The notes below the pieces were generated by a model that had not been told where the DNA came from, did not search any database, and worked only from the letters and a program-made list of their open reading frames with translations. A stretch of DNA of 64,000 nt. Origin: Convolutriloba macropyga. Lineage: Eukaryota. Shown piece by piece: positions 21,891-35,500 of the stretch. Positions within the stretch are counted from its first letter, which is position 1. Each line of letters begins with the position of its first letter. Made by a program: the position numbers and the translations under genes. Location of the stretch: the NCBI RefSeq assembly GCF_964194025.1, contig NC_134470.1:16740001-16804000 (forward strand), read 5' to 3'.

Positions 21891-22639
21891 ATCGTATAAT
21901 ATCTTGAGGAGGTTCCAAATTCTATCCGCAACAGGCTGTTGGGCACAAATGGCTTCGGAGCAGCCGGAACTGAGCCTACTTCTGGTGTTTTGTCAAAATT
22001 ACCAATCTTTTCGAGAAGTTTATCAGTCTTTTCTAGAATCGAATTCAACTCATCGTGGCTTTTGAAGACTTCGTTGTCAATGCAGTCGTCGCAGATCCAG
22101 TAGAAGAGTTCTTTTTCCTGCCCTGCATTCTCACTGCTTCAAAGCTCAAATCCACGCATTTGCCATGAAACCATAGACTGTATTTATTTACTGCAGCTTA
22201 TCCCGTCAGCAACTTGATACTTCACTGCTTTCGTCCACAGATACTTCTTCACTTGATCGTCCACAGTTGCTGGAGGATGCTGGGACAGTTCTGCCGCTCA
22301 TACTATCTATTTAATAAGTTTATCACAACAATTAGGCTGTGACTTTCACAGCTGAACCACTTTCACAGTTGCACTTTCACAGTTGAACGAGATAGTCCGC
22401 TTGAAAAGTCAACAACCTTTGCATAAATTAGAAATCACATTAGAGAAGGCAGACGCAACGGTAATTTGCCTAATTGTTAGGACAAACTTTTTGAATAGCT
22501 CCGGCTGTTTAATATGTATGCTCAGACCAACTGAACCTCAAAATCAAAACGAGATAAGTCATACGCAAAATAGCAGCATCCAAAATTGGGCAAGAAAGGG
22601 TAGGAAAGAGGCCACCAAATCGATCATCTACAAAAACTT

Positions 22640-23476
22640 TTAATCTAGGCACTTCCTGTGTTGTTCGGGAACTGGAAAAGAAGCGTTGCTCTGCTGTGGA
22701 GAGGACCTGTCTTTAATCATAGAGGCTGACAGCATTGAGCTGTACGTGTGCAGGGATTACGTGTGTATTATTGCTCTGGACGAGGAGCCAGGTGCGGATG
22801 TCTTTGCAAAAGTGGTGATTCTAGCTGAGCAAACCAGTGTCGTAATCACTGCAAAAGTTATAACATGTTATGACTTACTCAGAGCAGATACAGGCCCAAA
22901 GACGATTATTGCCAAGTTTGTCAGACATGATACTACACAATATGAGTCGATGAAGAAGAGTAATAAAAAACACATCACTAAAGTTTCTTGATGACCTGAG
23001 CCGAACTCGTGAAAAGATAAATCGTCAATCAAGGAAGCCCGTAAACGTTGCTGAATTTCATGAGAAAATAATTGTCTTTAGGTGGGACAATGATAAGATG
23101 GTGTTAAAAACTATGTTCACTTTCCAAAAAAGGAACAATGATCTGTTCTCTGATATGTAAGAAAGTAATTATCGTTTTGAAACAATGGGATATCTCACTC
23201 ATGCCTTTGCGCATTGACATTTATGTATTTATTAATTCTGAAGTTAAAGTGACCTGGAGGAAAATCCAGAAATTCCGAAAATGAATACAAAAACTTATTC
23301 AAAGTGGAGAAATATACGTAAAACCTACGTGTTCCTCATTTTAACCTCAAAAATGTTTCTAAAAGTCCTGAACAATTGGAGTTCTTGGTTAATGACACGG
23401 GTAAAAAAACTATTGAGGGTATATCAAAAAGATGATAAACGTCCCTTTTGAAGCTAACTTCAAGCACTAAAGAGCT
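22640..23476 (+). mobile_element. Decayed LINE, 5' part (ORF1 and endonuclease start), interrupted by Gypsy
   Basis: ORF1-like PKTIIAKFVRHDT; continues after the Gypsy TSD at 30231. Confidence 0.55.
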
Positions 23477-23850
23477 TGTGATACCCAAGGATATCATCCT
23501 TAGTAATTTATTTGGTGCAGTTTATAGTCCATACGATGTCTTAAATTAGTTCTTTCATTTGCCCTTCATAAACTGTTCATTAATTGTTCGTTTAGTACCT
23601 CATTTCCTTCTTGGTTTCCCGCTTCGTTATCAGACATTTCCGATCACGCCTTCACGATTTGTTGATTAACATTTTAATCATTCTCTCAACTTCGCAATTC
23701 AAATTCAGTTGAACAATTCTCTTTCTTAATCCCGCTCCGCGAGTAAGCGTTGAATACTCAAGTCAGGATCTCGCTCCGCGAATCACAGTCTAAATAAATC
23801 TAAGCGTACTCGCACCGCGAATAGCTACTCTAAATAACTAGAGTACGACA
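23477..23850 (+). repeat. 5' LTR (374 bp)
   Basis: tgtgatacccaagg ... gtacgaca; colinear with 29844-30230 apart from substitutions and a ~13-bp indel. Confidence 0.92.
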
Positions 23851-23864
23851 TGGCGCAGCCAGCA
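23851..23864 (+). promoter_or_regulatory. Primer-binding site, tRNA-Ser-like
   Basis: tggcgcagccagca directly after the LTR; resembles the complement of the animal tRNA-Ser 3' end (TGGCGCAGCGAGCA, from memory). Confidence 0.65.
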
Positions 23865-26800
23865 ACAACGTACACCTCTCGGACTCGATCCGTTCTGTGA
23901 CAAACCTACACTCTTCGCTGGGAGAAATGGAGAGTGCAATATAAATTGTCATTGTTGGCAAAAGAAAATATTATTCTCGATACACTACTTGGACCCAAAC
24001 CAGAGATGGTGGAACTTCCGCTCGAACCAATATACGAAGAAACTATCATTGATGCTTCCGCACAATCGGAGAGAGGGAGAAAAGAACGCCCGTAGCGCGC
24101 GGCAGAAAATGATTTGGCAAAGCAAATGCCAACGGCTAATTGAAGTCGGTATTATTTGTGGTGACAAACCGTGGCCATTGGCGGATTGCAAAACCGTATC
24201 TCTACTCTACCTAAGCATCGGGGTAGAAGGTCGCCGCATGCTGAATTGCAAGAACCCGCATATCATGATCGATACCCTTGCTACTGTAGACTTCTGGAAG
24301 ATCGTGGAAGAGGCAATCATCCGTCCTCGAAACATAAATTTCGATTGTCATGTTTTCTTGATTACGAAACAGCTTCGGGGAGAAACATTTCTATGGAAAT
24401 TTAAAGGAATTGGCAGAGAACTGCGACTTTGAGAACAAGCAAGAGACCCTGATACGCGATGTCTACATCACTAATCTGATGGACCCCGAAATCCAAAAGG
24501 AACTCCTTAAACAAACTGTTGAACCGCGTCAGGCATTAGAGCTAGCAATCAACATAGAACTTGGGATGCGAAATGAACATCAAATCCAACAGCACAACAA
24601 AATTGTCATTCCGGCCAACGTCAACGCAATCCAATTCGCCAATAATTCTCGAACCCCGAATTGGCAAAATATTAATAATGCTCCGAGACAAAACAACCAT
24701 TCCACACTCTACTGTTCAAACTGCGGAAGACTTTGGCTACCGAATCAGCGCGATAATTGTATCGCAAAGGGTAAAAACTGCAACAATTGTTTTCTTCTCA
24801 ACCATTTTGCGAAAGTTTGCAGAAGACAAACAATGTGAAACCCCAGAATTCTAAGAAAAAGATGGTAAGCGTTGTGGAAGAGGAACCGCATCCTGAGGAC
24901 TCAGTGAATTTCCTACAACCAGCCAAGCCCTACGAATTGGGTTACAGTAGCGGAGAAGACAATACGGTTGCGGTGATCGAGATTGCAGTAGAGAAAGTAG
25001 AACCCCTCAACATGCCTATTCAAATTGGCAATATTAACACTACACTACACGTGGACTCTGGTAGCACATGCAGTATTCTCAACCGTTCACTCGCATCGCG
25101 AGTGGTACAAAGCAGTCCTCGCGCTTTCTGGATCAGGGAAAAGGTGTCTCCACAACTTCGGACCTTGTCGGATGAACCAATTTAGGTCGAAAGAAAGATG
25201 CAATCTCCAATAACGAATATGTGTTGGACTTGTGATTCAGCGACATTCACAGTTGTAGCTGACGGACTATAATCTCTAATCGGCCATGACTTGTTTGACC
25301 AAATTGGACTAGCTGTGATTCAATCTACATCCCAAAAAGGTAATCGTGTCAATAACATTTCATCTCCAGAATTCTAAGAACAAATCGCAAAAACTTTTCC
25401 TGAATCGCGTATCGGAAGATTTCACAAAGATTTCCAACCTAGACACCAAAAGGTGTACGTATTCCAATTAATTTGCAAGAAAAAGTCAATATCGAACTTA
25501 AAAAAACTGTTAGACGAAAAACATAGCATAAAACTTAAAAGTTGTTTTGATAAATACTTCATTTCACCAATAGTGGTCATCCTAAAGAAAGATCAAACTA
25601 TAAAGCTTGCACTGGATTCAAAAGTATTGAACAAAAGTGTTCACAAGAATAAATATCAGATGCCAAATATTGATACGCTAATCGAATCCATTTCCCAGCA
25701 AATTAGTGCTCCCGCGTCGCAAAACACTAATCATTGTAACTTTAACATCACTAGTAGTGATATGACGGGCACTTACAGATTTCAAACAGGATTTTACGGG
25801 CCCAGAGATATGCCTGCAGAAATTCCAAAAACCATGGACTACACGCTAATTGGTCCAAAGAATACATATAGTTTTTTAGACGACATTTTGATCGTTAGCA
25901 AAAGTTCTCTGGATGAACATAAAAGCTATGTATTGAACTGTCTTAAACGTTTAGTCGATGGAAATCTTAAGATAAATATTCCGAAATGCCATTTTGGAAA
26001 GTTAGAAATTGATTGGCTGGGATACCATGTCTCGAAATCAGGTATTTCGCACCTCGATAGTAAAACAGCTGCAATCTTAGCACTTGAAGCTCCGAAAACT
26101 CTAAAGAAACTCCGCTCTTTTCTGGAGTCGGTTCATTACATCGGGAAATTTATTCCTAATCTTGCAGAAATTAGTCATCCCCTCCGCCCATTGCTGAAAA
26201 AGACATCAGAAATTATCTGGACAGAGGAACATGAGAATTATTTCAATGAATTAAAAAACCGCATCGCGAACGCAACCGAAAATAGCCACTATAACCCGCA
26301 ACTCGAAACACTTGTAAAATGCGATGCGTCTCGTTCCGGTCTCGTAGTTGCACTTAAACAATTGACAGTTGATGGGTGGAAACCAATCGCACTTACGTCT
26401 CGATTTTTAAATTCTTGCGAAGAACGCTATAGCGTAAACGAACTTGAACTTCTGGGTGCAGTGTGGTCAATTGAATATTTTAAAAAATTACTTGTATGGA
26501 AGAAATTTTACATTAATTACGGATCATACTGCCCTTCTATCTATCATGAAAGAAAAATAATTGAATAAATCATTCAACAGCAGATTAATCCGCTGGATCG
26601 ATCGTTTACTCCCATTTCAATTCGACATTGAACATCTTCCCGGGGCGAAAATGGGTTTAGTTGACTATATTTCTAGACACCCGTCTCAAAATCTAAAAAC
26701 AGTCTGCGCGTGTGATGAAGAATTCATTGTAGCCAAAATGAAGTTAATTTCTACATCTATTAATTCATTGGAATTAAATAACACAGAATCTGCATCTCAT

Positions 26801-29800
26801 TTACACAAATAATTAATAGCACACAACCTCGCATTACAAATCACACCTAAAAATGAGGAACACAATCCTACAATACAAACCACACCTAAAAATGAGGTAA
26901 GCTATTCCGCATTACAAGTCACACCTAAAACTGCGGCCAACAAAAAGGCGATAAACTTAATTAACACACACGCGGCACGAGTATATAAACATGTTTATTA
27001 TAATTCCCCTGCTCCACAAAAATAGCCTCAAATTCAACTTGTAATTTAAACAATTTCAATTATGTAGACCCCACGTCACAAAATACACTTAACACTTCTC
27101 TTGCTCAGCGAAATACCAGTAAGCGTAAAAAATTATTCCAAATTCGGAATGAATTAGCTCTCGCGCCGCGCGAGCTTCAAATTATTCAATCTAAAATCCC
27201 GCCAATTAGGAGACATTCCTCGAATATATTTGAAAATCAACACACAAAAATAAAATCAGTGATTTTTGCCTCTAGACATCCTACAATTCAGTCGTACAAT
27301 TTAAATTCAAAAAATTCTTTATCATCTAAATCATTGTCAGAAACAAACTACATAAACAAAATCAGTAACATAATGCCTTCCAAAAAGCGCACCACTCGCG
27401 TTTGTTTTAACGACGCATCTCGCACGGCAAATCAACAGTCATCTAATCAAAACGCAACTTGCCCCGCATGTCAGCGTTCTAATTCGCCAGGTAATTCCCG
27501 CACCGAAAGTCAGCGACAAGATTTTTCAAACAACACCCGCGCAGCAGGTTCCCCACCAACAACAACGCCAACATCTCCGGCTCAATCATTCAACGCAAGT
27601 GCCCCTCTCACACCCAGCCCACATGTACCCACATTTGAATACATCGCCTCAAAGATTTTTAATAAATCTCTAATTGCGTCACTGACCAGCAAGGACGGAG
27701 TCTTAAAAAAGGTCCAGGACTGCATCCTCTCACTAACAATGAAAGTCGCCTCAAAGCCCTAAACCCATACATACACTCATATTGGAGGAATCTCCATGTA
27801 CGTTCCGGGTGTGTATGTATCGATCAAAAGGTCGCCATACCGAACGTTCTGCGAGAGGCGACGACTGACGAAATACACTCCAGCTATCCGGACACATGGG
27901 GTATGATATGCATGGCCACGCACTGCTGGTGGCCATACATGCACCGCGAGCATATAGTTAAATCCACAGAATGCAAGCCTTGCGCGGTGATTGCTAAGAA
28001 TCTTAAATCGGTTATTGCCGCTAAGCAATTTAATCCTCACAAACCGTGTGTTGAACCAAATCAAGAACTTCAATTGATTTTGGAGGTTCAATTTTTGATG
28101 AAAAAGGTAATGAAATTTACTTCTTAGCAGCTATCGACCGTTTTTCTAAATACCCTACTGCACGTATTTATGACAAGGCTAACGGACCGAATGCTCTAAA
28201 GTTTTTGGACACGTATATTGAAAATCGCGGAATTCCACGATCTATTCGACTGAATCAAGCAAAATGTTTGGTTGGCAATCAAGTACAGACCTTTTGTAAC
28301 AAAAAAATATCGACAAAGTTGAATGATCATCGTGCTATTGGATTCGTAGAAAGACTTATTGAAACGATGAAAAATAGACTTGCATGTATTAAAGAGGAAA
28401 AATCGCATGCTAACGCTTTTCATGTAAAGCATGCATTAATGATAACAATACACCCATTGCGAATATGTAACCAAAGAACAACAAAAATCTCTCCTTTTGA
28501 AGCACACTTTGGAAGAAAACATAATACCCCGCTGATCGTGATATCGACAACGCCTAAATTGTCAAATCTCACATATGAAAACATTGGAAACGACTGTTTA
28601 GATGAAGACACAGTGATGCCGGAAGAAATCCATCCAGATGACAAGTGGGTGAACGGGTACCGCAGTGACATAGAGGTTGAATTTGGGATGTCAAGAGCGA
28701 CGCAAGAGGCGAAAGCAAGAGAACGGGCCAGCTTGACGGAAAATCACGTTTCCTGCGAACGACGGCCACTCGCCCCATTCCCCTCAAAGAACGAGCGGTG
28801 GAACTCAACATAGCCCGGAAAATCCATGGAAAACGCCGATCGAAGAAAAAATTGGAGGAATTATATGGAGTACTCGCGCCTGGCTCACATATCCTGAAAG
28901 TTAGCCCGACGACTTCCATAATCAAAGAACCCGGAAAACTTCTAGTAACGCTCAGGAACAGCGATATTGCGAAATTCGGAACGCAATTGCAAACCTCCGA
29001 GCGGCAAACCCCGTTAAAGGCGTACGCGGACCACAGGGGATCGAGATCGGGAGAAAAACTGGTGGAAGAGTTAATTCAGAGTCACGTCGAGGAATTCACA
29101 AGGAAACAAAAGGGAGATAAGAAAAAGAAACTTCGTAAGCGTGATCCGGGCAGCGGGGTATCCTCCTCAAAATCGAATGTCACACGTGCGATGCCAGGTC
29201 GAGTTCCCAAAATTCCGAACTTTCTCGCCATCCGAAATCAGCAGCCACAAGTCAGCACAGTTTCGCATAGCGTGCACTCAACAAACTCCTTCGCAAATAC
29301 ATCTGCCGCAGCGAAACGACCACAGGGATCATCAGACCGCAATCGGCGAAGCCCATTACGGCTTTAATAGCCCATCTCCTGACTCAACAATCGCAGCGCC
29401 CCCCAAACGACCTCAAAGAGGGGTTGACGTTAAAAATTACCAGCATCCACCCGAGTCCATTGTGGAAACGGTCCAAAATATTGCGGAACAACAGCCTGCA
29501 GAGACCAATATCTTCCCAGTAATTGGAGAGGTTTCGCCACTCGCCACGCGAGACCCTGCTCTTCACGAAATCGATACTCCAACGCTAGCCCATTCAATGA
29601 CTGTGTTTGAAGCCGAAGGACACAATTTGAACGAATGGGACAATTAGAAACTGAATTTCTCTAAAAACTTTGTCAATTAAGACACTTATAATTTAATAGT
29701 ATTTTTTTAGCTATGATAACCAGTACATATATTGCTATTATTTTGTTAACCGGGGACCAAGTACTAATTTGTAAATATTGTTATTAATTTTACGCATTCG

Positions 29801-29843
29801 AAAATTGTTATGGTAACATTTTTCTTTGTTGATGTAAAGGGTA

Positions 29844-30230
29844 TGTGATACCCAAGGACATCATCCTTAATAATTTATTTGGTGCAGTTTACATTCCATA
29901 CGATGTCTTAAAATAGTTCTTTCATTTGCCCTTCATAAACTGTTCAATAATTGTTCATTTTGTACCTCGTGATTTGTTCGTCATTTCCTTCAGGGTTTCC
30001 CGCTTCGTGATCAGACATGTCTGATCAGGCCTTCACGATTTATTGATTAACATTTTTTTCATTCTCTAAACTTCGCAATTCAAATTCAGTTAACGATTCT
30101 CTTTGTAAATCCCAATCCGCGAGTAAGCGTTGAAAACTCAAGTCAGGATCTTGCTCTGCGAATCACAGTCCAAACAATTCTAAGCGTACTCGCACCGCGA
30201 ATGGCTGCTCTAGAAAACTAGGGTACGACA
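29844..30230 (+). repeat. 3' LTR (387 bp)
   Basis: tgtgatacccaagg ... gtacgaca followed by TSD gagct. Confidence 0.92.
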
Positions 30231-32130
30231 GAGCTAGATGGGATAGAAGTGCATTACGATCATTAAAAGTTGGCGCGAAGCTTTTCCTGCCCTTAAAATT
30301 CGCTTAAATCTGTTTGATCAGTCAAAATACTACTCATTCTGTGTTGAATGTTTGTGCAACTTTTGCAAACAACCGCATGTCTAAAAATGCTTTTAAATAT
30401 AACAGAAAAACCCTTCATCTTATTTCTGAATGAGTTCCGTCAACAATATACGATTATTCTAGAAAATTTGACTTGCGAGTCCGTACCAATCACTTTGTTG
30501 GGCGAATATAACATTGACTGCCAGAATCTTCGTGAAAAAGACAATCTGCACACTGCAGTACCACAATACAGTTTCAAATTGTCCTATAAGTGTGTGTAAA
30601 AGAACAAAAACTCATATAGTTTTACATGCATTTTGAATGCAAATGTGTCCGAAGATTAAAAACATTGTAGGTTACAGTCCTTTGAAAACCGACCACTTTG
30701 ATATTGTTTGCCAGCATAAGCTGTTTGACGAAAAAGATCATAGTGTTAGGAAGGTTCGATGAAAACACCATGATGCAGTCTTGTTTTGCAAAAGATTTTC
30801 AGATATGCCAAGGCTCATATTATATGAATTTTCTATGGCCATTGAGATGTCCAAATTGTATGTTTATTTTCTTTCAATTGCAGTAGAAAAGTGTTAAAAA
30901 GATAAACAGCAGAGCTGCTAAACGAAACATGATTTAACTACAGAGCACAAACTACAGAGCTGATAAAAGAAACTTGATTTGACGAGGAATGCAAATCTTT
31001 ACTACGAGAAGGTCAATTAGCATCTGAGATTTTTTTGATTTCATTACTAGTAAATTGGTCTTTATACACTAAGCTTCGAAACAATCATCCGCATACTGCA
31101 TTCACTGTCCAATATTTAGCAAAACACAGGAAAATTTCTCCTGGATTTCTTTGGCTCACTTAATGATAACAAAGATTACTGGAGGTTTATCACTCATGTT
31201 TAAGGTACAAAAAAAATTGTAAATAAAAATGCAGTAAAAAACTCCTTCGGTGATATGTTCGTAGACCAAAAAATTATAGATAATTTTGATTACGTTTCCT
31301 TAAATTTAGAGCAGTACTTTGGCTTAAAAAAGAAAGAAGAACTATGTTTGCTGTTAACCACTGACCGTTCAAAGTTTGGCCATTGTCAGAAAAAGGTTGT
31401 TTGATATCATCAGAGATTTAAAAACCAACGAGCCCGCTAGCCTTTTTAGAGCACCCGCTTTTTGATATTAACGAAGATTCAGCCAACAGCTGACGTTTAA
31501 TCAAAATAAAGGCGTCATGCCTGAGTGTGTCTTTACAAAAATGCTCAAAAGAGCTGTCATAAACCCTATCTAATAGAAATATGACTTCATGGACCTGTAA
31601 AATTTCGTTTTTTTCAATAACTACTTGGTTTGCTAAAATGATGGAAACAGGCTAGCAAAACTAAGTTATATGTTCTATTGAGAGATGGAAATTACTATTT
31701 CTTGAAATTGGCTTTCTAGGGGATTGGTTACACCAGGTTTTTGTTAATGGAGTTAAATAAAAATGGATTGATCTAAAACAAGATGTTCCGCAGTGAACAG
31801 TTTTAGAACCACTTCTAATCAACTTACAGATAAATGGCATCCCAGGGCAGGTAAGTGAAACTGGTATGCTTCTGCATTATTTGGATGATTGTTTATCGTT
31901 TTTCAGTCACACAATCTCCAATTTTGCATTCAATTTTTCAAGGGAAACAAAAAAATTTTAGAAACCTACCATTTTGTTAGAAAATTGAATTTCAATGCCA
32001 AAAAAATGAGTTTAACAAAATCTCCGGAAAATGAGAACAGGCAAAAACTCTGAGACTTTAATCGCAGGAGAAACATTAATAAACTATCGAACAAAGTAGA
32101 TATTTAGGTTTACCCTCTAGAAGAATTGAA
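30231..32130 (+). mobile_element. Decayed LINE, endonuclease and RT part
   Basis: ITLLGEYNID (GDFN-like), KTDH, DVPQ*TVLEPLL (~31783), YLDD (~31878), YLG (~32101). Confidence 0.65.
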
Positions 32131-32166
32131 AATAAATAGAGATCTGTAACTTCTATAATTCATATA

Positions 32167-32297
32167 TGCTGCAGCAATCACGCTTAGTACGAGAGGAACC
32201 GTTTGTTCAAGCCTCTGGTGTCAACTTTTGACTGAAAAGTTGGTTGTGAAGCTACGCCTGTTGGATTATGACTTACGCTTCTAAGTCAGAACCCATA
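32167..32297 (+). pseudogene. 28S rRNA 3'-domain fragment including the sarcin-ricin loop
   Basis: cttAGTACGAGAGGAACc followed by gaagctac and ggattatgact..cgcttctaagtcagaa, colinear with eukaryotic LSU rRNA domain VI; no other rDNA nearby. Confidence 0.85.
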
Positions 32298-32558
32298 AGG
32301 TGTGAGCATTGATTGCGTTTCTACCTCCACATTGCAATCAACTCATTATTTTGAGTTCTTTTTTAGCCAACAAGCACCGCAACATACTTCGAAGCCTACG
32401 GCTCCGCTTTCAAACACAATTAACAAAGTTATTTTAATTAGTTAGTGGGAGTACTCTGCTTAATGTCTCTCTGAAACCGGTTCAACTTTAACGCTATCTT
32501 TAGGAAAAAACAGATAGATTTGTCCGCAAAATGAATATTTTTTGGGCCAATTTGAAGC

Positions 32559-35500
32559 TGTCAAAAGAATTGGCCTACAAAAAAGATTTCGAAGTAATAA
32601 TTCATTGATTATGAAATTAGCCGATTTTGTTTAACCCCAAAGTTTTGTCGATGTTTATATTTCATAATTGTTCGTTGATCTGGCTCTACTACTTTGCGCA
32701 CTATTTAACCACTGTCTGTTCATATTTTGTACTGACTTGTAACACAGACTTACCTTGATGAAACTGTTTTACGTTTACTGCTTCTTAAATTCAAATGACA
32801 AAACAAAACCTTCGCGTTTTCAAATAGGAAAGTATAAGTTCCAACAATCTTAATCGAAAAAGTTGAACAAGCTCAGAAACAATGGCATGCTAAGTGGTAT
32901 GCTCTGAGTCAAAACACCACCAGATACCCCGCATCGCTGGGAGCAATTGCGGATTAAGTTCAAACTAGCCATTCTTGCTGAGGAACATATTGTGATGGAC
33001 ACAATGCTTGGCGCGAAACTCAATACAGTACAACTCCCAGTTTACAATTTCTGCAAATAAATGATACCAGGATCGTTAGCACAGTGGGGACAGAAACATA
33101 ATGCACAAAACTTCCTGGAAAAGATGGACAGGCAAAAAAATTGTCTGAGCATTATTGAAGTGAGAATCGTTCCTGGGGATAAATTATGCACCTTAAAAGC
33201 AAATAGCAAATAACAAAGCCGTTACCCAATTATATTTGAGCATCGAGGTTTTTAAAGTACAATTTGACAGCATGTCACTTTTGGGGCCTTGTGGAGGAAG
33301 CGTACAACATGACAGGTTTCATGAAGTTTGTCCGTCATGTGTTCTTTAAGACTAAACAGTTAAAAACAGAAACACTGAAGGACTTCCATAGAAAACTCCG
33401 AGAGCTCGATGAGAATTGCGAATTCGAGAGCAAAGTCGAGATATTAGTTAGCGCCGTGTTCATAACGAATCTCACGCTACTCAGACATGCAAAACGTTCC
33501 TCTGAAAGAAACTATGGAACCTCGCAACGCACTTGAATTAGCAGTTATCGTAGAATTGAGTATGCGCAATCAACACAAAAGTCAGGCGCATAATAGTAGA
33601 CGAGTGGGAGACATGCAACTTCTTCCCTAAGCCAGTTTCCCAAAAACAACTGCCCCGGGCTGCCAGAATTGTTTGTTAGCGCGTGGTAAGCAATGAAAAA
33701 AATGGATTTTAAAGTAATTTGCTGAGGTATGCAGTAAACCTAGAAATTTCAATCAAACGCTCCAAAAAAATCCACTAAAAATCGGTATATGCACTTCATC
33801 AAATCAATGGAGCAAAAAACTTGGCCAATTTCGTGGAATCAGAAGCGCTAAATCTTAAAATCTCAGGCTCAGAGAGCAGAACGTCCAGCTTATATGATGG
33901 CAATCATTAATAGGAACGGCAAGAATTCGATCCACTGAGGACGCTATTGACCAATGACAATACGGCATTCACTATATTAGTATACTCCGGAAGTGCATGC
34001 AGCATTTTGGACCTGGCTCTTGCGACGCAAGTCATTCATTGATTGCACACAGCCTTATGGTTAGATAAAATATTTACTCAAAAGCTACGAACTTTTTCAA
34101 AAGAGTCAATCAGAATCATTGGACAAATCAGAGCACCAATAACGAAGAATGGTTGGTCAATTCCAAAAACTGACTTCACAGCAAAATTCAATGGTTTCCG
34201 ACCCCTTATTAGCAGAGTTCGCTGTTTTGAACACTAAGTTTGTGCATTACCCAATCTTTGTCTGATTTAGCATGAAAATCTTTAAAGATTATTAGTAATC
34301 AGTTTCCTATAAAAATCGGCGTTGCCAAAACTGATCCTAATTTGTAACTCAAAGTGGGTCTCATAATCCCATTTACTCCATTCAGAATTTCAGTAAAAAG
34401 TCCCACCAAAACTTCAAAATGGGAGAAGAATTGCAATTAAACTCATACATAAATCTATTGAAGAAAAATTCTTGTCTTTGTATCCCTAACATTAGTCAAA
34501 TTAAAACGAAATTTATCTATTAAATTTGCATTAGAAGGTAAATTTTTTAGCACAGCTAATCACAAGAATGAATGGCAAAGGCGCAATATTATACGCTAAT
34601 CGACTCAATTTATCAAAAAAATTGTGATCCTGCGTCGCGAGATACAAACTTATTTTCTATTGGCTTGAAATATGCGTTTGGTCAATTAACTTTGCATCCG
34701 GATACCAATAAACACTAAAACTTTATTATAATTAATAGTGACATGACAGGTTTACAGAATCTAAACTGGTCTTTGTATAATCAGAGATATGACAGCTCAG
34801 TTTCAAAAAGCGATGAAGTATAATCTCCTTGGACTAACAAACACGTATAGTTTTTTGTGTAACGTTTTAAATTTTAGTGAAATGTCAAAAGAACATCATC
34901 TAATTTGAATTTTTAATTGTATTGAACGGCTGGATTTGGTAAAAACGGAAAAATCTGCAAAAAGTCTATTATCTTCAAACTGAAATTGAATGGCTAGGGA
35001 ATCATTTTCCTCAATTTGTTATCTTGACTTTCAAAATCGAATCTTTTCTGGTCTTGGTACACTAAATACTTAAAATTATTCCTAATCTAGCCCAACTTTG
35101 TCTACCACATCGACCTCGTCTAAGACAGAATTTTAAACATTTATCTACACTGAAAGTCGTGATGAAAATTTTGCTGAAAGACAAAACGGCAGCACGAAGA
35201 CAGCAAAAATGAAACGAAAACCTGACCCTCGAAAAGCGCGTTAATTGCGACGTATTTGAATCTGGAGTAGGTGTTGCATCAGAGAAACTCAGCGTAGATG
35301 GTTGGACACCAATTGCTTTCACCTCTTGGCTCCTGAAATGTTGTTAGGAACTTTAATGATAAAATTTGTTAATAACGAATTAATAAAAATTTCAAAGATA
35401 GTAGACATCATCGAGCTCCAGATCCAATATTAAAAGAACATCGATCTAAAAAAATCAAATAAAGATCACCTGCCACGCTAAATTGATCGTCTTATTACAA

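Larger units (their letters stand above)
14415..22420 (-). mobile_element. Decayed near-full-length CR1-group LINE (ORF1 with PHD finger, APE endonuclease, RT) with three nested insertions
   Basis: ORF1 PHD remnants (GISCSK..WFHGKC..YWICDDC, ~22200-22085) and ORF1 C-terminus 20520-20114; endonuclease NVRSL/ETWL (~20090-19990) and VYVPP (~18975); RT KTAAGPDG, DFRPVSLT, LDMSKAFNTV, GVPQG, FVDD (15860-15200). Confidence 0.75.
23477..30230 (+). mobile_element. Complete, frameshifted Ty3/Gypsy LTR retrotransposon, Mag-clade-like
   Basis: Two LTRs (TG..CA), 5-bp TSD GAGCT, PBS tggcgcagccagca, PPT-like gatgtaaagggta. Gag zinc knuckles CSNC...CIAKGKNCNNC..NHFAKVC, protease VDSGS, RT FLDDIL, RNase H CDAS/YSVNELE, integrase HHCC remnants and IDRFSKYP. 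Confidence 0.95.

Noticed and set aside
32167-32297. Functional rRNA gene
   Set aside because: Only ~130 bp with no flanking rDNA; called a fragment.
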